Virus record (IMG/VR): IMGVR_UViG_3300025607_000001
Reading direction: 5' to 3' (one strand)
Source of the DNA: a virus
Length of the DNA stretch: 38,253 bases
Shown: one piece after another, positions 32,870 through 38,253 of the stretch
Position numbering within the stretch: the stretch's first letter is position 1
Layout of the letters: each line of letters starts with the position of its first letter
The notes under the pieces: model-generated
Told to the model about the DNA's origin: nothing
Databases searched by the model: none
Seen by the model: only the letters and a program-made list of their open reading frames with translations
Made by a program: the position numbers and the translations under genes

Positions 32870-32893
32870 TATTGTGGTATAAGGTGTTTGATA

Positions 32894-33121
32894 GTGACTT
32901 TACAAGAGTGGGTACAAAAAACATACGGTGATCGAGGCGCTACCAAAGCGGCTGAGTTCCTTGGTTATCCCTATAAAACGGTGATGGCTTGGATTCATTT
33001 AATACGTTTTCCGCGTCCTAAAGCGCAAGAGGTCATTAAATTAAAAAGTAATGGTCAGATTGATATGGAGGCGTGGCGAACTAATTATTTAGCGGCAGAA
33101 ATTAAGCGTAAAAAATCATGA
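32894..33121 (+). CDS. Cro-like / YdaS-type HTH regulator (75 aa, GTG start)
   Basis: GTG lies 7 nt after AAGGTG. GATKAAEFLGYPYKTVMAWIH...PRPKAQEVIKLKSNGQI resembles Cro/YdaS-type proteins. The track start at 32849 would lie inside the operator region. Confidence 0.55.
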   Translation: MTLQEWVQKTYGDRGATKAAEFLGYPYKTVMAWIHLIRFPRPKAQEVIKLKSNGQIDMEAWRTNYLAAEIKRKKS

Positions 33122-33519
33122 TTGTTGTCGTGCTGGGCGGCAGTGAAATTTTGCGTGATGATGTGATCAGCCAATTGATGCAAAGCAAGATCTCCTTGAT
33201 CAGACATTTTAATATTACCGGTTTAGTTAACTGTAAAGACGTTGGGCTTTCGCGCTTAAAAACCGAGTTTGAACGACCAAAGAAAGTGACTAACTTAGTG
33301 ACTATCGTCAGTGGTATTTCTACCAATGACGAGCTAGTTTATTTACGCAGTAAAGACGCGATTATTTGTCATTGTTACGGCGAGTTAACCGATCTTTATA
33401 ATCAGGTTGCTTGTGAAAAGGGTGATAAATATATTTTACCTGATCCGCTAAAGTTTACCGCACCCGAACATGTTTATTCACCCGATGAAGTGTTAAGCGA
33501 ATGCTACATTAAGGGCTAA
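33118..33519 (+). CDS. Hypothetical early protein (133 aa)
   Basis: ATGA overlap with the cro-like gene. No secure motif. Confidence 0.45.
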   Translation: MIVVVLGGSEILRDDVISQLMQSKISLIRHFNITGLVNCKDVGLSRLKTEFERPKKVTNLVTIVSGISTNDELVYLRSKDAIICHCYGELTDLYNQVACEKGDKYILPDPLKFTAPEHVYSPDEVLSECYIKG

Positions 33520-33521
33520 AC

Positions 33522-33782
33522 GTGACGACTCATTTAAGCCATTCAACCAACAAACACGCCTTTGATGTAGTGCAATGTCAGCGCATTACCTCGATGTGGG
33601 CCAATGACTTAGCACGCGGCACCATTACCCGCGATAAAGTCACTCGTTTGATCAGTGAATACCCAGACGAACAACAACCAACGTTTAAACATTGGCTTAA
33701 TACCTACCGTGAAGCAGTGCGTAAACGAGCGCAAGCCAACGCGGTAAAGCCTCGCCATGTTCCCCGCTGGGTGAAGCGCTAA
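33522..33782 (+). CDS. Hypothetical early protein (86 aa, basic C-terminus, GTG start)
   Basis: Track ORF. TAATG coupling to the next gene. Confidence 0.45.
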   Translation: MTTHLSHSTNKHAFDVVQCQRITSMWANDLARGTITRDKVTRLISEYPDEQQPTFKHWLNTYREAVRKRAQANAVKPRHVPRWVKR

Positions 33783-34204
33783 TGAAGCTTTCTAACAAGA
33801 GCCTTGATGTTTTATTGCATGATTGGGCTGATTGGGTGCACAGGGGCGGTAATTCTGGCGGCTTTCAATCTGTTCTACATAAAATGATGGTCACAGGCGG
33901 TGTTACCTCAAGCGGTGGTGGCGGTTATTCTGCTGAAATTCACACCATCGAGGCTGACATTGAATCAGCGTTATTGTCTCTTGTTCGCCAAAAACCCGAA
34001 GAACTCAATTTAATGCGCGTTAATGTGCTGCGCTATGAGTTTGGCGCTAAAACATTAGGCTGGCCAAGCGATGCAACACAATGTGATAAAGCCCACCGTA
34101 TTGGTATTAGCTTGCGAACCTATAAGCGGCACATTAAATACTGCAAAGAATATCTATTTACTCACTTACAACTTAAACATAAGGGCACTCGCCATGAAAC
34201 TTGA
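33782..34204 (+). CDS. Q-like late-gene antiterminator (tentative)
   Basis: The N-terminal LDVLLHDWADWVHRGG resembles the L.RWG.W opening of lambdoid Q-family proteins. The C-terminal ...AHRIGISLRTYKRHIKYCKEYL is HTH-like. It lies in the rightward early operon. Confidence 0.45.
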   Translation: MKLSNKSLDVLLHDWADWVHRGGNSGGFQSVLHKMMVTGGVTSSGGGGYSAEIHTIEADIESALLSLVRQKPEELNLMRVNVLRYEFGAKTLGWPSDATQCDKAHRIGISLRTYKRHIKYCKEYLFTHLQLKHKGTRHET

Positions 34205-34370
34205 TAGCAACGCTAAAAAACTACTTGATTGCAATAAACGTACTCGCGGCAATACCATGCCTGTTTATACCAAGGCTCGCAACATTGCCCGTATAGCGAT
34301 TGAGAACAGACGCGATTTAAAACAATTAACCCAAAGTTTTGAATTAACCTTATCCACAGGAATTGTGTAA
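34194..34370 (+). CDS. Possible small protein (58 aa)
   Basis: Internal ATG of track ORF 34071..34370, overlapping the Q-like stop. Confidence 0.3.
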   Translation: MKLDSNAKKLLDCNKRTRGNTMPVYTKARNIARIAIENRRDLKQLTQSFELTLSTGIV

Positions 34371-34386
34371 AACAGGTGCATAAGTT

Positions 34387-35568
34387 ATGAATGCTATCAC
34401 CGTTAAGCTGTCAGACGCTGAGCTAAAGCGACAAATTGAAACCGAGGTAAAGGAATTAAACGATCCTAGATTACCACTTAGGGTGCGTTTTCATAAATCC
34501 CGAGAAAAGGCCACTATCTTTTTAGTGGAATACGTTAAGGGCCAAGGTAAATGGCATAGGGTTGGCTATTGGCCGCAATTAACGATTAAAGCCCTAATTA
34601 ACACTAAGTATTGGGCTGAGCTTCAACAAAAGTATTTGTTATCAGGTCAGGTTGAGTTTGATGCCTTTTATTTGGCGGCTGACGTACTGGTTTGGTACAG
34701 AGAACGGGCGTTAAGTCAGGTTAATTTATCTAAAGATAGAAAAGCTAATATTAAGTCGGTGATCAATAAACACTTAATCCCCATGATAGGCCATTACCAG
34801 GTAAAAGAGTTTTCCCCCGAAATCATAGAAGAGGCTTTTATCTGGCCGTTACAAAGTCGCTATAAATTATCGACAGTACAACAATATTTCAAAGTATTAA
34901 AACGTATTTTCAAACAAGCAAAATTAAGTAAAAAGCTATGTAATAACCCATTGGCCGACATTAAGTTAAGTGACTCGATCACCGGAAAAATAGAAATAAA
35001 AGCCTGTCAAATAGCAACACATGATCTAGATGCTCTATTTAAAACCATGAAGATAATACCCTTTGAACCCAGCTTTTTAGTATTAACTATGTTGTGTTTT
35101 GGTACGCGTATAGGCGAAACACGACAAATGAAAATAAGCCATTTAGAACATGATCAGCAGCAATGGCATTTACCCGCAAAAATAACCAAAACCAATGAGC
35201 CATTAGTTACCCCAATAAGCGATTGGTATTTAACTTTACTTAACGAATATAGAAAAAAGCAAACGTTGATAAATGGCTATAGCGGTGTCTATTTATTTCC
35301 TAATACTAAGGGCGATTGTATTAATGAAAACACCGCCAATGATTATGTTCAATACTTATCTAATAGAGAATGGACGGCTCACGATTTACGCAAATTAGCG
35401 CGTACTACTTGGGCAACATTACACGTTGATTATTTTGTTGGTGAGCAGTTGTTAAACCATAAAATGAAAGACTTAGACGCCGCTTATATTCACAGCACAT
35501 TAGATGAATTGAAACGAAAAGCCATTAACGATTGGCATTTTTTTTTGGCGCAAAAAAAGCCGAAATAA
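34387..35568 (+). CDS. int: Tyrosine integrase (P4-like)
   Basis: N-terminal arm-binding-type domain (PLRVRFHKSREKATIFLVEY...GYWPQLTIKA). Catalytic residues in GTRIGETRQ, AHDLRKLARTTW and LNHK...AAYIH. Confidence 0.9.
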   Translation: MNAITVKLSDAELKRQIETEVKELNDPRLPLRVRFHKSREKATIFLVEYVKGQGKWHRVGYWPQLTIKALINTKYWAELQQKYLLSGQVEFDAFYLAADVLVWYRERALSQVNLSKDRKANIKSVINKHLIPMIGHYQVKEFSPEIIEEAFIWPLQSRYKLSTVQQYFKVLKRIFKQAKLSKKLCNNPLADIKLSDSITGKIEIKACQIATHDLDALFKTMKIIPFEPSFLVLTMLCFGTRIGETRQMKISHLEHDQQQWHLPAKITKTNEPLVTPISDWYLTLLNEYRKKQTLINGYSGVYLFPNTKGDCINENTANDYVQYLSNREWTAHDLRKLARTTWATLHVDYFVGEQLLNHKMKDLDAAYIHSTLDELKRKAINDWHFFLAQKKPK

Positions 35569-35686
35569 AACCTTGATGATACCAAGATCAAGCAAGGATA
35601 CGTTAAAAGGTTAAACCGTAGCACTAACAAGCCTTACACAAGCAAAGCAACCTATAAATAATCTTTACCATACAGGAACATATTAT

Positions 35687-35974
35687 ATGACTAAGCAAGC
35701 AGTAATTGACTACCTAAAGTCACTCGATGAAACAACATTAAGCAGTGAAGAATTTGCCGAAAAGCTTCTTGATAAGTTTGATATGACCACTCGGTTGCAG
35801 TGTGATCATGAGTGGGCGGCACGTTGGGCACATCATGATTGTACCAAGTGTGGGGCTGTCAAATTTGGCAACTCTAAAAATGACCGTAGTGACTACGGTG
35901 TTGCGGCTGGTAAGACATTTAAGAACATGGCCACCGCAAAGTTTTATCAACAAAACGGTCGCTTACCAGAATAG
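35687..35974 (+). CDS. Hypothetical protein (95 aa; CDHEW...HHDCTKCG metal-binding-like)
   Basis: Track ORF with RBS AGGAA. Confidence 0.45.
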   Translation: MTKQAVIDYLKSLDETTLSSEEFAEKLLDKFDMTTRLQCDHEWAARWAHHDCTKCGAVKFGNSKNDRSDYGVAAGKTFKNMATAKFYQQNGRLPE

Positions 35975-35985
35975 GGGGTATAGCT

Positions 35986-36333
35986 ATGGCTAAAGCACGA
36001 ACGGATGCCCAAAGGCAAAAGAAGAGTCGAGACAAAAAAAAGGATTTAGGCGAGCGAGAAATTAGGCTTAAAGTATCATCGGCAGAATATGCCATGATTG
36101 AAAAACTATGTAAGTTGCGAGCCGGTTGCCGCGAACCTTACACACCAGGTGATTACTTGGTGACATTATTTAGAAAGGTGTTACCGCTCGATGATGAAAA
36201 ATATCATACTCAAGCCAAAGCCCTTGGCATGTGTGATTATTGTAATGAGGTAATGCCCGCTGGTTGTGGGGGTGCTTTTAAAGGCCAAAAGGAATGTTAT
36301 CACACCAAGCAATACAGAGAGTTAGAGTTGTGA
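35986..36333 (+). CDS. Putative regulator: basic N-terminus plus RHH-like segment plus Cys-rich C-terminus
   Basis: REIRLKVSSAEYAMIEKL is RHH-like, and CDYCNEVMPAGCGG...CYH is Cys-rich. Its TGA stop lies inside palindrome copy 3. Confidence 0.45.
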   Translation: MAKARTDAQRQKKSRDKKKDLGEREIRLKVSSAEYAMIEKLCKLRAGCREPYTPGDYLVTLFRKVLPLDDEKYHTQAKALGMCDYCNEVMPAGCGGAFKGQKECYHTKQYRELEL

Positions 36334-36343
36334 CGCGTCACAA
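36328..36343. repeat. Perfect palindrome TTGTGACGCGTCACAA, copy 3 of 3
   Basis: 16-bp perfect palindrome at the start of the gap that precedes the late operon. Confidence 0.9.
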
Positions 36344-36377
36344 AGCAAGCCGTTTATCAGGGTGATAAAAAACAAAT

Positions 36378-36414
36378 AAACACATTTCGTGGTTAAATGT
36401 CACGAAATGTGTTT
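36378..36414. other. 14-bp perfect inverted repeat with a 9-nt spacer
   Basis: AAACACATTTCGTG - gttaaatgt - CACGAAATGTGTTT. Confidence 0.7.
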
Positions 36415-36496
36415 ACAGGCGTGGCCTAAAAATATACCATCTTCTATAACGTGTACTTCTTGCGTTGATTTGACTACAACAATTGCTCCCTTATAG

Positions 36497-36526
36497 CCGC
36501 TTCTTTCATGAGTCGCGGTTTTTTTT
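36497..36526 (+). terminator. Weak hairpin plus T8 just upstream of the first late gene (tR'-like candidate)
   Basis: CCGC...GCGG with few extra pairs, then TTTTTTTT (36519-36526). Confidence 0.3.
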
Positions 36527-36541
36527 CGTCTGGAATTTACT

Positions 36542-37024
36542 ATGACCTTTCATTACGGCGTTACCTCGGTTTCAAGTCTTAAAGTTATTTGTAAGCGCGT
36601 GGTTGCTGTGCTTGGTGGTGGTGACGATGCCGTTAATTTATTAATTGAAACCTGTTGCGCTGAAACGTTGGCGGGTCTTTATCCTGATAATACACCTGAG
36701 CGTTTAGGGGTTGGCGTGACGCAAATAGACCAAATCGCCTTAGATGATATTCACCAAGAGGGTGAACAACGTCATTTTGATTTGATCGCGCAAGAGTTTG
36801 GTTATGACATTAAAAAAACCCGCCTCTCCTATTTAGCGTTTAACCCTGAGTTAGCCGTTATTATTGCCCGTTTAGTTTATAAGCGTAAACCGCAAGCCAT
36901 ACCCGAAACATTATGTGGTCGCGCTGACTACTGGAAAGAGTTTTATAACACGGCGGCGGGCAAAGGCAGTTGTTTACATTACTTTGATAACGTGGCCGAA
37001 GTATTAGGCGAGGAATGGCGCTAA
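36542..37024 (+). CDS. Lytic transglycosylase (SLT)-like endolysin (tentative)
   Basis: LLIETCCAETLAG (candidate catalytic Glu), GVGVTQID (GLMQ-like) and YLAFNPELAVIIARLVY (AYN/P..N-like) occur in SLT order. Followed by a TM protein gene. Confidence 0.45.
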   Translation: MTFHYGVTSVSSLKVICKRVVAVLGGGDDAVNLLIETCCAETLAGLYPDNTPERLGVGVTQIDQIALDDIHQEGEQRHFDLIAQEFGYDIKKTRLSYLAFNPELAVIIARLVYKRKPQAIPETLCGRADYWKEFYNTAAGKGSCLHYFDNVAEVLGEEWR

Positions 37025-37266
37025 TGAATAACAACAACTCGCCAGAGCAATGGCACATGAAAAAAGAAATCAACCTTGCTCATGTGATCGTCACTGTGTC
37101 GATGGTCATTACCATGATGTGGTTTTTTGCTGATCTCGATAAACGCATTGACGGCAACACCAAAGACATTACTCATATTCAAGAGCAGCGCACCGAAGAT
37201 GTACAGCGCACAGTAAAACAGCTCGATAAAATAAACACCAAATTAGATAAGTTACTGATTCGCTAG
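37015..37266 (+). CDS. Single-TM protein with a coiled-coil C-terminus (holin or i-spanin-like); start 37015 or 37024
   Basis: TM helix AHVIVTVSMVITMMWFFADL, then a charged helical tail. Overlaps the lysin stop (TAATG at 37022-37026). Confidence 0.5.
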   Translation: MALMNNNNSPEQWHMKKEINLAHVIVTVSMVITMMWFFADLDKRIDGNTKDITHIQEQRTEDVQRTVKQLDKINTKLDKLLIR

Positions 37267-37281
37267 TCAAGGTTAATAAAC

Positions 37282-37446
37282 ATGATTCATTCCAGCATTT
37301 GCGGCCCTATTCATGGTCCTGTCCATAGTTCTATCTTAGGGCATTTTCCGTTGTTTTCACAAAAATTTCCAAACAGCTTTATTCAAGGGTGGAATGAACC
37401 CATCAACATGAACGGCATCATTTATTTAAACCAAATTTTAGGATAG
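37282..37446 (+). CDS. Possible small His/Gly/Pro-rich protein (54 aa)
   Basis: AAGG lies 9 nt upstream. MIHSSICGPIHGPVHSSILGH.... Not in the track because it is under 60 aa. Confidence 0.3.
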   Translation: MIHSSICGPIHGPVHSSILGHFPLFSQKFPNSFIQGWNEPINMNGIIYLNQILG

Positions 37447-37453
37447 CAATAAC

Positions 37454-38253
37454 ATGACAATTCCACATTTAATAAAAGGCGTTTCAAACGTTGATGATTT
37501 ATTTGATCGTGTAAACGCTCTTATTACCGCACAAACTGGGGTTGAACTGCCTGTTGTAGCAGCTCCTTTTGATATATGGATGGTGGCGGGTCAATCACTT
37601 TCAATCGGCACATTAAACCCTGCATTTAACGTGAAGCCACCGCAGCCGCAAATACCCAGTAACTTTAAAATGTTTAATCAAGTTGGCTCAACTGGCGTAC
37701 AAGATAGAGCACTAATCCCAAGTGACATTAATGAGTTAGTAGCGTATCAAGAGCAAGGCGAATCGGGCATGGCTAGCTATTACACGCTAGGGACTACATT
37801 TTTAGCTGGAACTACAACCAAGGAAACCGCATGGATTCCTGCGGGTAAAGGCGGTGGGTCTATAGAAAATATCGGTAAAGACGGTTCATATGCGTGCTAT
37901 GCGAACCAGCAAGCTATGCTAGCAAGGCTAAAGGTATTGCAAAGCAGTGCAACCGTTAAAGGGATTATTTTCATTCATGGTGGTGCTAATTATCAGGACA
38001 CCAAGCAAGAATACTACGATAAAATGGTAGCGTTTTTAGCTGACCAAATAAGTGCTATACAAGCTGAATATCCCAACCAAACCCCTCCTTTGTACATATA
38101 TCAACACGGTGGCGAGCGAATTACCGATCAGGTACAACAAGCTCAGTTACAAATGGCTAAAGATGGGTTGGCTGTTTGTGTTGGTGCAACATACTGGCTC
38201 AACAGACAGCACCCCAATACGTCTGAGGGGCTTAACGGGTCAACAAACTTTGA
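37454..38253 (+). CDS. SGNH/SASA-type carbohydrate (O-acetyl) esterase, N-terminal part; continues across the circular junction into 1..1088
   Basis: ATG 37454 follows an in-frame TAG (37439-41), and I found no stop before the window end. My translation contains WMVAGQSLSIG (GQS nucleophile block) and IIFIHGGANYQD. The frame joins position 27 of the window (38153 = 27). Confidence 0.65.
   Translation, partial: MTIPHLIKGVSNVDDLFDRVNALITAQTGVELPVVAAPFDIWMVAGQSLSIGTLNPAFNVKPPQPQIPSNFKMFNQVGSTGVQDRALIPSDINELVAYQEQGESGMASYYTLGTTFLAGTTTKETAWIPAGKGGGSIENIGKDGSYACYANQQAMLARLKVLQSSATVKGIIFIHGGANYQDTKQEYYDKMVAFLADQISAIQAEYPNQTPPLYIYQHGGERITDQVQQAQLQMAKDGLAVCVGATYWLNRQHPNTSEGLNGSTNF
38127..38253. repeat. 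Terminal overlap identical to 1..127
   Basis: Same 127-nt string as the window start. It lies inside an open reading frame. Confidence 0.97.

Noticed and set aside
33118-33519. 133-aa early protein as a dNMP/nucleotide kinase
   Set aside because: The N-terminal MIVVVLGGSEIL only superficially resembles a P-loop, with no GK[ST]. No other kinase motif could be confirmed by eye.
34350-34358. Perfect DnaA box TTATCCACA upstream of int as an origin
   Set aside because: It is a single isolated 9-mer with no adjacent AT-rich unwinding region or repeats. One chance occurrence in about 76 kb of double-stranded search space is plausible.
1-38253. tRNA, rRNA, transposase/IS elements and restriction endonuclease partners for the two methyltransferases
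   Set aside because: Scanning the non-coding gaps showed no cloverleaf-like T-arm signature (GTTCGAATC-type). No ORF had DDE or transposase motifs or recognisable nuclease motifs other than the terminase-associated HNH. A tRNA scanner and profile searches should confirm this.

Overview
The first 127 nt are identical to the last 127 nt, so this window is one complete circular element with a unique length of 38,126 bp. It reads as a temperate siphovirus that also carries a full plasmid maintenance set, i.e. a phage-plasmid.

Gene layout:
- About 37.4 kb, across the junction, to 21.1 kb (+ strand): a late operon. It encodes an SLT-like lysin, a TM/coiled-coil protein, an SGNH/SASA-type carbohydrate esterase (split by the linearisation point) and an HNH endonuclease. 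These are followed by P27-type small terminase, large terminase, portal, HK97-type prohead protease and major capsid, and head-tail joining proteins. Next come the major tail protein, G/GT chaperones with an A_AAA_AAC -1 frameshift, and the tape measure. The operon ends with a J-like host-specificity protein, a LamG-ended tail fibre and a holin-like protein.
- 21.1-28.0 kb: an IncFII(R1)-type RepA. A predicted countertranscript lies in its leader and an AT-rich DnaA-box region lies downstream. The block also holds a Hin/resolvase-type serine recombinase with an upstream TGTNTCA array, a ParA/RHH (ParF/ParG-like) partition operon flanked by centromere-like repeats, and a KfrA-like protein.
- 28.0-30.5 kb: an RHH repressor with GTACGTAC operators on a duplicated promoter. 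It drives nine small genes, including a very short C5-cytosine methyltransferase. Most of these genes are preceded by a conserved AACAGAAT junction motif.
- 30.6-36.3 kb: a CI(S24)/Cro switch. The CI side carries a phage Dam-type N6-adenine methyltransferase and an unknown coiled-coil protein. The Cro side carries a Q-like antiterminator and a P4-type tyrosine integrase.

No rRNA, tRNA, CRISPR array or transposase was seen.

Most interesting leads:
- the phage-plasmid architecture with an antisense-controlled IncFII replicon;
- a 12-16 bp perfect palindrome (GTGACGCGTCAC core) present three times at operon boundaries;
- the operator-controlled array of small genes (candidate establishment/anti-defence island);
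- an AT-rich peptide/membrane-protein/HTH cassette;
- the unknown cargo next to cI.

All functional calls rest on motif recognition by eye. None has been checked against a database.
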